Shown here one piece after another: positions 18,696 through 27,703 of a stretch of DNA of 64,000 bases (positions are counted from its first letter, which is position 1; the number at the start of each line of letters is the position of its first letter). The notes under the pieces were generated by a model. It was not told the DNA's origin, made no database searches, and was given only the letters and a program-made list of their open reading frames with translations. The stretch covers positions 1,757 through 65,756 of the forward strand of contig LBSX01000004.1 of assembly GCA_000990355.1 (NCBI GenBank), in the 5' to 3' direction. The stretch is from Candidatus Magasanikbacteria bacterium GW2011_GWC2_37_14 (GTDB lineage Bacteria > Patescibacteriota > Patescibacteriia > Magasanikbacterales > UBA922). Both the position numbers and the translations under genes were made by a program.

Positions 18696-20546
18696 TTAAT
18701 TAGTTATTTTTACACCCTTACTTTGCCCTAGGGCGTCGGTTTTAAGACTTATATCCAAGTCACCAAAATTTTTATTAATTGTTGTTTCTAAATAAGTATC
18801 AACAGCCGAAAAATTAATATTTTTTATTAAGATTGGTGAAGTGCCAACTTGATCTGTAGTAGGAGTAAAGCCAAGTTCAAAATATACTCCGGCTGTGGTA
18901 TGAGCGTTTAAGGAATTTAACGTCCAACTTATATTTCGTTTATTGGCGTCATATACTGGATTATTACCAAACGTTACACTACTTTTTCCAGTCCAATTAA
19001 CAAAACTAGGTAATTCGGCAGATAGTTTTAAATTGCTAATTTTACTGGTGCCGTTGCTAATCGGTATAAAGACCCAATATTTGGTTTCTTGCCCAACTTG
19101 CGGTGGCAAAGGCCCACGACCCAATTGATCACCTTCAAAAGTATAATAGCGCAATTCCGGTGTGCCAGCAACACTAGTACCAATTTTTATGTTTGGTGAT
19201 AAGCCGTCGGTTTGAAATAAACTATTTTTGATTTCGGCTACATTTGATTGCCAGTTAATTCCTTGGGCAAAAGATAAATCAGTACCGCCTTGGGGAATAT
19301 TTTTAATAAGCAACTGAATATTAATATTTGCTGTATCATTTATTTTTAATTCTTTTAAAGCTGAAATTTGTTCAACAGAAATTATTAAATTATTATTTTT
19401 TATTTGGCCTAAATTAAGTTTTTGTGTGGCTGGTACGTCAATAATCGCCGAAGAAAGTGGTAAACTAAGTTGACCGTTTACTAAATTAATATTGCCATTA
19501 TTTTTAATTTGAATTTGTAAGGTAGCTGTTTCGCCAGGCTGAATTTTAGCCAAATCATTTTGCCAGTTGCTAGTAATTTGTGCTTTGGGATAAGCAATAG
19601 CGACTTCTTGAATTAAAGGACTTTGAGGTACAGAAGTATTATTAATTTTAATTACTGGTGTAAAGTTTAAAGAAATTTTGTCACCAGTCGCTGGATTAGT
19701 ATTTTTTAATTCTGCTGTCAAAAATACACTTTCATTTGGTTCTAACTTGTCTAGGTACCAAAGATCATTTTCAATTATACCTTTATTAACAATTATTTGC
19801 TCCAAACTTAAGCCAGGGTTTTGGTTTAAAGGTACTTGTAAATTGGTTAAATTTTGACTGCCAGTATTTTGGAATTCTAAATTAATAGGTGTGTTGCCGT
19901 TATAAAGAATATGAGTGGGAACAATAATTTTACCAACCAATACCGAACCGCGCAAGGTTTTAATCAGTAAAGTATTTTTTTCTTCAAAAACTTGACGTGA
20001 ATTTTGGCGATAAGATAAAGTGGCAGTAATATTTTCATCTTTGTCTGGTGTGCCATAGATCCAACCAGCCACACTTAAAACACCAGTTTCACCTGTACCA
20101 AGGTCATTTAACTTAAAACTTTGTTTAGTTTTATCAAATAAGTTTTCGGGATTCGCACTTATCAAAATAAAACCAGTGGGAAGTTTTAAAGAAAGAGTGG
20201 GGGAAACAAGTTTTTGGTCACTTTGGTTTTTATAAGAAATTTGGTATTCCACATATTCGCCACTCTTTACTTTGTTGGCTGTAGGGTGAATAGATAAGTA
20301 AACCAAGTTAGTAACTTCTGGGTTATAGTTAAACAAAAAAATTGTCGTGCCAAATAAAAATACTGCCGATAAAAGTAAAGTAATATCAAAAATGAAAAGC
20401 TTACGAGCATTCTCGTATTTAAGATGGTAGCGATTTTTATAATGTAATTCCGCAAAGTGAATAGGGGACAAGAGAAAGGCCAAAAACCATTTATGGGGTG
20501 TGTGGGTAAAATGGTGTTTTGTAAAATAGGTAGTGAAGAATTGCAT
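18696..20546 (-). CDS. Single-TM protein with DUF11/Ig-like extracellular domains
   Basis: TM near aa 50-72; VKSGEYVEYQISYKN, IQPGETATLQIQIKNNG, GPLPPQVGQETKY. Confidence 0.75.
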   Translation of the reverse strand: MQFFTTYFTKHHFTHTPHKWFLAFLLSPIHFAELHYKNRYHLKYENARKLFIFDITLLLSAVFLFGTTIFLFNYNPEVTNLVYLSIHPTANKVKSGEYVEYQISYKNQSDQKLVSPTLSLKLPTGFILISANPENLFDKTKQSFKLNDLGTGETGVLSVAGWIYGTPDKDENITATLSYRQNSRQVFEEKNTLLIKTLRGSVLVGKIIVPTHILYNGNTPINLEFQNTGSQNLTNLQVPLNQNPGLSLEQIIVNKGIIENDLWYLDKLEPNESVFLTAELKNTNPATGDKISLNFTPVIKINNTSVPQSPLIQEVAIAYPKAQITSNWQNDLAKIQPGETATLQIQIKNNGNINLVNGQLSLPLSSAIIDVPATQKLNLGQIKNNNLIISVEQISALKELKINDTANINIQLLIKNIPQGGTDLSFAQGINWQSNVAEIKNSLFQTDGLSPNIKIGTSVAGTPELRYYTFEGDQLGRGPLPPQVGQETKYWVFIPISNGTSKISNLKLSAELPSFVNWTGKSSVTFGNNPVYDANKRNISWTLNSLNAHTTAGVYFELGFTPTTDQVGTSPILIKNINFSAVDTYLETTINKNFGDLDISLKTDALGQSKGVKITN

Positions 20547-20605
20547 ACAATATTGTACAATGTATATGTATTATAGCACCTTTGTTGTTGTCAGAGAATA
20601 GTTAA

Positions 20606-20719
20606 AATTTTCAATTTACAATTTACAGTTTCCTGTGAATTATCAATTTTGTAATTTACAATATTGAAAATTGGTAATTGTAAATTTATTGAAAATTGAT
20701 TATTGTTAAAATGTAAATT
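20606..20719. repeat. Inverted heptamer array
   Basis: AATTTTC/AATTTAC units switching to GAAAATT/GTAAATT units near 20662. Confidence 0.7.
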
Positions 20720-20730
20720 AAAAACCCCTT

Positions 20731-21069
20731 TTAGTTAGGGGTTTCATTCTTATCATTTTCAGTGGGTTTAGGAACAACGGCTTTGGTACTAGGAGAATAG
20801 AGAGTATTGGATATTTTCCACTTATCCACATATTGGCCAATGCCATGGGTATTGGCTTTTTTCTTAACAGTGGTCTTTTGTTGACTCCAGCGCACTAAAC
20901 TTTCAAAGTTAATTTTATAACGGCCGGCCACTACTACATAAGTAATCTCGCCAGCCTTGATTGCTCTACGGATTGTTTGGGCATTTACCCCAAAAAGCTT
21001 ACCAGCCTCTGATATGGAAAGGCGGATCATTTCTTTGTTTTTCAGCTCATTTTTAGGGTTTTCTGCCAT
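20731..21069 (-). CDS. Excisionase-like (HTH_17) DNA-binding protein
   Basis: LSISEAGKLFGVNAQTIRRAIKAGEI..GRYKINFESLVRW; ATG 21069 fits the promoter. Confidence 0.85.
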   Translation of the reverse strand: MAENPKNELKNKEMIRLSISEAGKLFGVNAQTIRRAIKAGEITYVVVAGRYKINFESLVRWSQQKTTVKKKANTHGIGQYVDKWKISNTLYSPSTKAVVPKPTENDKNETPN

Positions 21070-21072
21070 ATT

Positions 21073-21260
21073 TGTATAATATAGTTTATACAATTATAGC
21101 ATATTTGGGTTAAATTGTCAATAGGACAGTATGTGCATAGTTTATTAGTGATTTTTTTGAAAATATCTTAATTTTGTATACACTAGTGTATACAAAAATA
21201 GTATTTTAAATTAGCAAAATAATTAGGTAAATAGTAAAAATGTATAGGCTAGTGTATACA
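21073..21260. promoter_or_regulatory. Three TGTATA-N8-TATACA operator-like sites
   Basis: Copies at 21073-21092, 21175-21194 (inside perfect 26-bp palindrome 21172-21197) and 21241-21260. Confidence 0.65.
21093..21121 (-). promoter_or_regulatory. Consensus sigma70 promoter of HTH gene
   Basis: Minus strand TTGACA-17 bp-TATAAT with extended TG. Confidence 0.85.
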
Positions 21261-21266
21261 AACGTC

Positions 21267-21457
21267 TGTCATTGCGAGGAAGTGCCTGTAAGAGTACGAC
21301 GAAGCAATCCCACTGTTGTCATTTTCGCGAATGTGGAGATCCAGAAATCGTTGGCCATTTGCCTGGATTCCTGCCGGAGTTTATCCTCGTGTAGACGGGG
21401 GCAGGAATGACAATAATGGGATTGCTTCACCCCGCTCGGGCGGGGTTCGCAATGACA
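21267..21457. repeat. Family B element with nested family D element
   Basis: TGTCATTGCGA..GAAGCAATCCC / GGGATTGCTTC..TCGCAATGACA; inner TGTCATT..AATGACA at 21317-21412. Confidence 0.88.
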
Positions 21458-21605
21458 GTGGATGTGTATAACCCGCTTGTCTATGTTGCCTTGCTCTGCT
21501 ATACTTAGCCCTATCTTTTAGTTTGAACGCCAAAAGATATTATGAAAATAATCTAATTTAACTGTGGAAAACGCGTGTTTTTGGTTATAATTTTGTTTTC
21601 CGTGT

Positions 21606-21691
21606 TTTCCCCTCCTTAGAAAGGAGGGGCTAGGGGTGGTTGAGTTTATTACGTCAACCCCTCCTGACCTCCCCTTTCCAAGGGGAGGAAA
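21606..21691. repeat. Family C-type G/C-tract double hairpin
   Basis: CCCCTCCTTAGAAAGGAGGGG..CCTCCCCTTTCCAAGGGGAGG. Confidence 0.8.
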
Positions 21692-21699
21692 CCAAAAAC

Positions 21700-21727
21700 T
21701 GTAACACTTTGTTAAATTCCACGTCTT
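21700..21727 (+). promoter_or_regulatory. ECF-type autoregulatory promoter
   Basis: TGTAAC-16 bp-CGTC, ATG 6 nt after the CGTC. Confidence 0.7.
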
Positions 21728-21731
21728 CTAT

Positions 21732-22283
21732 ATGGTAAGGATATTGAATGAAAAATGGCTAGTTTACCAAGTACGAGCAAAGAAAGATCCAGAAGCTTTT
21801 GCTAGTCTTTATGATTTGTATGTAGAAAAGATTTACCGATTTGTGTATTTTAAAATAAATAACAAAGAAGATGCTGAGGATATAGTAAGTAGTGTCTTTT
21901 TAAAAGTTTGGAGTTATTTAATAGAATATACGGAAAAAGAAATAGATAGTTTTAGTGGTTTGATTTATAAGATTGCCCGCAACTTAGTGATTGATCATTA
22001 CCGGGAAAAAGGGAAAATTAAAAAAGAAGATTTAGAAGATTTTGAGGAACTGCCAGCAGAAGAAAATAATTATGAAACTGTGGCAACAAATATGGAAGTT
22101 GAACAGCTAATGGTGGTGATTAAAAAAATGAAACAAGATTATCAAGAGGTGTTACTGTTAAAACATGTGGAAGAATTATCCACTGCCGAGATTGCCGAAA
22201 TTTTGGGCAAGTCGCAAGTAGGGGTAAGGATTACTTTACATCGTGCCATAAAGAAGTTGCAGGAGATGGTTAATAAAAAATAA
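21732..22283 (+). CDS. ECF sigma-70 factor
   Basis: DPEAFASLYDLY, DAEDIVSSVFLKVW, IYKIARNLVIDHYR, LSTAEIAEILGKS..V..TLHRA. Confidence 0.95.
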   Translation: MVRILNEKWLVYQVRAKKDPEAFASLYDLYVEKIYRFVYFKINNKEDAEDIVSSVFLKVWSYLIEYTEKEIDSFSGLIYKIARNLVIDHYREKGKIKKEDLEDFEELPAEENNYETVATNMEVEQLMVVIKKMKQDYQEVLLLKHVEELSTAEIAEILGKSQVGVRITLHRAIKKLQEMVNKK

Positions 22284-22289
22284 TAAAGT

Positions 22290-22347
22290 TGTCATGCTGA
22301 ATTTATTTCAGCATCCCAGGGGGTCCTGAAACTAGTTCAGGATGACA
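22290..22347. repeat. Family A element, minimal form
   Basis: TGTCATGCTGAATTTATTTCAGCATCCCAGGGGGTCCTGAAACTAGTTCAGGATGACA. Confidence 0.9.
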
Positions 22348-22358
22348 GAACTAAACAT

Positions 22359-23369
22359 GTGTCCCAAGAACTTATCTCACAATTAAAAAAGATTAGAGAA
22401 ACAAATGGTCGCATAAATGCAGACCAGTCTTGGGTTGTGCAAAATAAAGCACGCATGTTGACTCAAATAAAAAATACTGTTCCAGAAGAACCAGTAAAGT
22501 TTAATTTACATATGGTTTGGCAGGCAATGGAAGTTTTGTTGCCTGGTCGAGTGGTATATAGTGTAGTACGTCCAATGGCAGTGTTTATTTTAGTTGGTGG
22601 TATTGCTCTTAGTGGTTGGATAACTAGTGCTAGTGCTACAGAAAATTGTTTGCCAGGAGAAATGTGTTATGGTGTAAAAATGGCAGTCGAAAAAACTCAA
22701 GAAGTAATAGTAAATGTTACTGGAAGTAACGATGCCAAAACTCAAATGCATTTGGAATTTGCCAGTCGTCGTGCCAATGAAGTAAAACAAGTGATTGCCA
22801 AAAATGATTCCAATTCTTCTGCCCAAGCTACCGAAACCATCAAAATGTTAGAAGAATCTTTACAATCAGTGCGCGATAATTTTTCCAAGTTGGGTGTAGA
22901 CAAACCAGAAAGAGCCAAAGAAATTACCAAAGAAATTACCAAGAAGACCGAAGAAATTAAAACCAAATTAGAAGATGTAAAGGTTTTGATAGCCGACAAC
23001 ATGAATAAAGTATTGGCCGAAGCTCAAGTAGTAAACAAAGAAATTACTACCAATACTTTGCCTGTGTTAGAATCGGCCTCCGCTGAAGCTACGGCAGACA
23101 AGAAAGTTTTGGAGGATAAGAAAGCTACGACAACACCAATTGTTATTAGCACTACCACAGTTATTGTTAGTGAAGAAAAACCTGGGCTGACGATTGACGA
23201 AGTTTTGGCAAAATTAAACGAAGCCACAGCGAGTAGTGTACAAACCGAACAAAAAATTTCTGATTCCGATAAAAGTGTTAAAGAAGCTGTTGCTAGTAAT
23301 TTAGCTAGTACCACACCAAGCGTGGCTGTACCGATTATCAATACTACTAGCACCACTAGTTCTTTATAA
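22359..23369 (+). CDS. DUF5667-like single-TM protein, probable anti-sigma
   Basis: LPGEMCYGVKMAVEK..LEFASRRANEV after a TM; directly follows ECF sigma; GTG start. Confidence 0.75.
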   Translation: MSQELISQLKKIRETNGRINADQSWVVQNKARMLTQIKNTVPEEPVKFNLHMVWQAMEVLLPGRVVYSVVRPMAVFILVGGIALSGWITSASATENCLPGEMCYGVKMAVEKTQEVIVNVTGSNDAKTQMHLEFASRRANEVKQVIAKNDSNSSAQATETIKMLEESLQSVRDNFSKLGVDKPERAKEITKEITKKTEEIKTKLEDVKVLIADNMNKVLAEAQVVNKEITTNTLPVLESASAEATADKKVLEDKKATTTPIVISTTTVIVSEEKPGLTIDEVLAKLNEATASSVQTEQKISDSDKSVKEAVASNLASTTPSVAVPIINTTSTTSSL

Positions 23370-23371
23370 AC

Positions 23372-23485
23372 TGTCATTCTGAATATGTTTGTCATGCTGA
23401 ATTCACCTGCCTATCGGCAGACAGGTTTCAGCATCCCAGGGGATCCTGAAACTAGTTCAGGATGACAGTTATGTTCAGCATGACA
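23372..23485. repeat. Triple-nested element (F in A in A)
   Basis: Outer TGTCATTCTGAATAT/ATGTTCAGCATGACA; inner A 23390-23467; F 23406-23425. Confidence 0.85.
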
Positions 23486-23528
23486 ATGAATAATTCATTT
23501 GCCTGTGGTACTGTGTGGCTAAGATGGT

Positions 23529-23614
23529 TTTCCTCCCCCTACGAGGGGGAGGCGAGGAGGGGGTTTGGCCAACCGCGAAACCCCATCCCACCCTCCCCTT
23601 GTAGGGGAGGGAAA
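23529..23614. repeat. Family C-type G/C-tract double hairpin
   Basis: CCTCCCCCTACGAGGGGGAGG..CCCTCCCCTTGTAGGGGAGGG. Confidence 0.8.
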
Positions 23615-23623
23615 CACCCTCTC

Positions 23624-23820
23624 GTGCCATACAGTATTGCCGTGAATCTTTAATAGGTTTGCGGTTGGCTGTCCTTCACAAGACGGCCAGGGCACCCCGA
23701 TTTAATCGGGGAGCATAAAGTATAAAGGTCGATCCGTGGCAACACGGAACAGCATGCAAAATTTAAATGCACACTTATTTGGCCAGATTGTGGCGCAAGT
23801 CGCAACGCTGACGAATAAGT
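23624..23820 (+). ncRNA. Candidate structured 5' leader of the S-layer-like gene
   Basis: Six or more stems with G-U pairs and two GCAA tetraloops on + strand. Confidence 0.5.
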
Positions 23821-23833
23821 TTCTTAATTTATT

Positions 23834-26800
23834 ATGACTTTAATGAAATTAGGGAAAAAAGTGTTTACTGTGTCTGTAGTTGTATTAACAATCGTTTGGA
23901 GTATGGGCTTAGCCGCCTTGGTGCCATCCGTAGTTAATGCAGTAGACTGCCCAACATTAGAAGCCGGTGACCTTTTCAAGGTTGAAGGCAATACTGCAGT
24001 TTACTTACTCAACGCCGACATGGAACGCATGTATTTTCCATCCTCAGAAATCTATCATACTTGGTATACAGATTTCTCTGGCGTTCAAACAATCTCCAAC
24101 TCTTGTGTGGATGCTTATCCAGCTCCATCCAAGGCTCCTTATGGTGTCAACTTCCGCCCAGGATCTCGCATGGTTAAAGTGCAGATTTCCAACAGCGTAT
24201 ACGTAGTTGAACCAAACAACACCAAATCCAAAATTGCTTCCGAAGCTGTAGCTTCTGCACTTTATGGTGCTAACTGGAGTACTTTGGTTCGCGACGTTTC
24301 CGATGTATATTGGCCAAACTATGTAAACAACGGTACTGAATTAACAGTTGCTGCTCTTACCAATGGAATGTTGGTAAAGAAAGCTTCTGCTACTGCTGTT
24401 TATGCTGTAGTTGGTGGTAAATTATATCAAGTAGACGGCACCTTGGGTGACGCTGCTAAAGATGATGTACGCACTGTTTCTGATGCTTTGTTTAATGCAA
24501 CAGAAATGGGCACTGGTACAAAGACTGCTGCTTCTGTTTTGGAAAATCCTTCCCAAACAACTGCAACTGGTACTGGTACTACAACCGTTACTACTGGTGA
24601 CTTAATGGTATCTTTGTCTGCTGCTTCTCCAGCTGCCACAACTTTACCAGCTGGCTCCGAAGCTGAATTGTTGAAAATCAACTTAAAAGCTGGTGCTGCT
24701 GCTCAAAAAGTTACTGGTTTAACTGTTCAAAGATCCAATTTAATGGCTGCTGCCACTTTGTCCGAAGTAGGAATTTACATTGGTAACGTTCGTTACGGCA
24801 ATGTAAAGACCTCTTGGAATACTGACAAGCAAATGGCTTTCAGTTTCTCCACTCCAATCGAAGTTGCTGCCAATGCTACTGTTACAGTTACTGTAAAAGT
24901 TAAAATTGGTACAACTGGTAGTTACGCTGGTGTAACTATCCCAAGTGCTGCTGCTGTGATTACTACTGCAAAAGTTGGCGGTTCCTTCCCAATTGCTGGA
25001 GCTGTGATGACTTTGGCTACTGATGTAGTTGCTGGTAGTTTAACTTTGGATAACATTGTTGATCACACCAATGCTAGTGCTCAATTTGGCGATAGTGATA
25101 CATCTTTTGCCGAATTTGACTTAAACAACGCTTCCTCAGTTATGGATGTGTTGGTAAATGGTATTGTGTTTGAAAACGGTGGCACTGCTCCATCTACTGC
25201 TGTAAACAATTTACGTTTATATGTAGAAGGTGACGAAGTAGCTACTGCTGAAATGGACGGCGACCGCGTTGTCTTTGATTTTGACGCTTACAAGATTGAA
25301 AAATCCAAAGATGTAACTGTTGAATTAAAAGGTGATTTGGTAAATGGTGAATCTGGAGATACTTTTGATTTCTTCATTTACACTATTGACGCTACTGATT
25401 TAGAAAGTGGCTTAAGTGCCGCTGCTACTTTCACTACTTTAGACAAAAAGTCTGATGCTGGTGTAAGTACTGTTACCTTAAATGCTGGTGATGTAACCTT
25501 AGCCATGAACAAAACTGCTGCTTCTGGTACTCCTGCCAAGGATGTTCGTCCAGATACCAATAATGTTGTTTTGGCTACTTTGGAAATGACTTCCAATGAT
25601 GAAGATTTAATCATCAACAGTATTACTGATACCGACGGTCATCCTTTCCGTATCGTTACTACCACTGCTTCTGGTGCTTTGGAAAATATCCAATTCGAAG
25701 AAGTTGGTGGTGGTACTTATGATTTGGATGCCACTATGGATAGTGGTCACTATGATTTCACCTTAAGTGATGAAATTTACTTAGCCAAAGGTGTTAAAAA
25801 GACTTTTAGAGTTGTAGCCGATGTAGCTTCTACTGCTGCAGAAGGTACTACTTATCAAGTATCTTTTGATGCTGACGCTATTGACTACGAAGGCCAAACT
25901 TCTGGAGCTGTTACTGGTATTACTATCACTCCAAACACTCTTTCTTCGGCTATCACAACCGTTAAGAAAGCTTACTTAACCATTACCAATACCACTTTGT
26001 CTGGAGAAACTTTGGTTGGTGGTGAAGAAAATATCTTGGTTTACCAAGGTAAATTAAAAGCTGGTACCTCTTCTGATTTGTACATCAAAGAAATGACTGT
26101 TTCTACTTATGATGCAGGCGCTCCTGGACATGAAGAAGAATACTTTGCTGATACTTACATTTCTCAATTACGCTTGTACATTAACGACGAATTAGTAAAA
26201 TCAAGAAGTAATGCTATTACCGAAACTGCTGGTGCAGCAACTACTTCTACCATTGCTTTCTCGGGTATTAGTGTAAAGATCCCAGCTGGCAAAGAATATA
26301 CTGTAAAAGTAAAAGCTGATTTTGCTTCCACTTTGGTGGCTGGTGAATGGGCTTTGACTATCAATGCTAACACTGATGTAGTAGCTCGTGACCAAGACAA
26401 TACCGTATTGGATGCTGACCAAAAGAACACCGTTGCTGTAGCTGAAAGTAAAGTTGTTACTTATGCTACTGCCGGTACCTTAAAAGTTGACATGCAAGTA
26501 GACGGTGCTAACTGGAGTAAGGATCTATATGTTTTGGCTGGTTCTACTGGCCCAACTGGTCGTTACTTAGGTGAATTAGTCTTTACTGCTGCCAACGAAG
26601 ATGTAACTGTAACTCAATTAGATTTAGCTGCCACTTCTACAGCTTCTGCTGGTACAGATGATATTGACCAAGTAGAATTGGTAAACAATAGTGGTGTAGT
26701 AGTTGGTACTGCCAACTATGATACTGTTACTGAATTTACCGAGCTTAACTACTTAGTTAAGAAAGATTCTGCTCAATCTTTGTATATTAGAGTTAAAGCC

Positions 26801-27478
26801 AGAGGCATGAATGTTGCTGGTGATGATTCTGCTACTGCTGATTCTGGAGCTACTGTAATCTTCGGAGTTGATGATGTAGTTGCCAGTGGTGCTACTTCTG
26901 GCGACATTGCTATGTCTGCTGGTGCTGGTACTGCCGATGATACATTCGATACTGTTACCGCTTCTAAAGAAGGTTTGGTAATGGGTGTTGTATTAACAAA
27001 CGTTACCAACCAATTAGCTGACGGTACTTTAACCGGAGGTACAAACAGAATCTTGGCTAAATTTGCCTTAACCTTTGACAATGGTTCCAATCGTTTGGAA
27101 GCTGATGACACAGATTTATTAGCAGTGTTAGGTAATGCTTTCAAGCTAACCTTCACTACTTCTTCTGCTGTTGCTGTAACCAATGTTGAAGCCTACATTG
27201 AAGGCGATGATTCCAATGTAACTGATCCAACTAGTACTTTTGCTAGTGGAATAGCTACTTTAGACATGACCACTTTAGACAACAGCGCCAATCAAGTTGA
27301 TGGTGTAGTTGTTATTGTAGTTCGTGGTGATGTAGTTACTACTTCTGCCGACAGTGAATACTGCCAAGTAGATATAGCTGCTATGTCCACCGATGTTAAT
27401 TGGGGTGATGCTACAACTACTGTTACTAACAGTCGTTTGAAGATCACTACTGTTACCGGTGCCAACCTTCATGAATAA
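23834..27478 (+). CDS. S-layer-like major surface protein
   Basis: Signal peptide (TIVWSMGLAAL..VNA); AGDLFKVEGNTAVYLL..YFPSSEIYHTWY repeats; T/A/V/D-rich beta domains; biased codons. Confidence 0.75.
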   Translation: MTLMKLGKKVFTVSVVVLTIVWSMGLAALVPSVVNAVDCPTLEAGDLFKVEGNTAVYLLNADMERMYFPSSEIYHTWYTDFSGVQTISNSCVDAYPAPSKAPYGVNFRPGSRMVKVQISNSVYVVEPNNTKSKIASEAVASALYGANWSTLVRDVSDVYWPNYVNNGTELTVAALTNGMLVKKASATAVYAVVGGKLYQVDGTLGDAAKDDVRTVSDALFNATEMGTGTKTAASVLENPSQTTATGTGTTTVTTGDLMVSLSAASPAATTLPAGSEAELLKINLKAGAAAQKVTGLTVQRSNLMAAATLSEVGIYIGNVRYGNVKTSWNTDKQMAFSFSTPIEVAANATVTVTVKVKIGTTGSYAGVTIPSAAAVITTAKVGGSFPIAGAVMTLATDVVAGSLTLDNIVDHTNASAQFGDSDTSFAEFDLNNASSVMDVLVNGIVFENGGTAPSTAVNNLRLYVEGDEVATAEMDGDRVVFDFDAYKIEKSKDVTVELKGDLVNGESGDTFDFFIYTIDATDLESGLSAAATFTTLDKKSDAGVSTVTLNAGDVTLAMNKTAASGTPAKDVRPDTNNVVLATLEMTSNDEDLIINSITDTDGHPFRIVTTTASGALENIQFEEVGGGTYDLDATMDSGHYDFTLSDEIYLAKGVKKTFRVVADVASTAAEGTTYQVSFDADAIDYEGQTSGAVTGITITPNTLSSAITTVKKAYLTITNTTLSGETLVGGEENILVYQGKLKAGTSSDLYIKEMTVSTYDAGAPGHEEEYFADTYISQLRLYINDELVKSRSNAITETAGAATTSTIAFSGISVKIPAGKEYTVKVKADFASTLVAGEWALTINANTDVVARDQDNTVLDADQKNTVAVAESKVVTYATAGTLKVDMQVDGANWSKDLYVLAGSTGPTGRYLGELVFTAANEDVTVTQLDLAATSTASAGTDDIDQVELVNNSGVVVGTANYDTVTEFTELNYLVKKDSAQSLYIRVKARGMNVAGDDSATADSGATVIFGVDDVVASGATSGDIAMSAGAGTADDTFDTVTASKEGLVMGVVLTNVTNQLADGTLTGGTNRILAKFALTFDNGSNRLEADDTDLLAVLGNAFKLTFTTSSAVAVTNVEAYIEGDDSNVTDPTSTFASGIATLDMTTLDNSANQVDGVVVIVVRGDVVTTSADSEYCQVDIAAMSTDVNWGDATTTVTNSRLKITTVTGANLHE

Positions 27479-27513
27479 TTGCTTTTCTTTATAAGGCATT
27501 AAACATGCAAGTT

Positions 27514-27543
27514 CAAAACCCGCCGCAAGGCGGGTTTTGGTTT
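27514..27543 (+). terminator. Intrinsic terminator
   Basis: CAAAACCCGCC-gcaa-GGCGGGTTTTG. Confidence 0.85.
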
Positions 27544-27575
27544 GGGTGGACAAGAAATAGATAAAGCGTTATAAT

Positions 27576-27697
27576 TGTCATGCTGAATTTATTTCAGCAT
27601 CTTTTCGTTAAATAATTACACTAAGTAAATATAATCTTAAGAAAGATCCTGAAACCCTTCGGCATGAGCTCAGGTCGAATGCAAGTTCAGGATGACA
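27576..27697. repeat. Family A element with nested 27-bp family E element
   Basis: CCCTTCGGCATGAGCTCAGGTCGAATG at 27655-27681 splits GAAA|CAAG. Confidence 0.88.
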
Positions 27698-27703
27698 AAT
27701 TCT

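Noticed and set aside
20731-21069. HTH gene as prophage excisionase
   Set aside because: No integrase, att site or phage genes nearby
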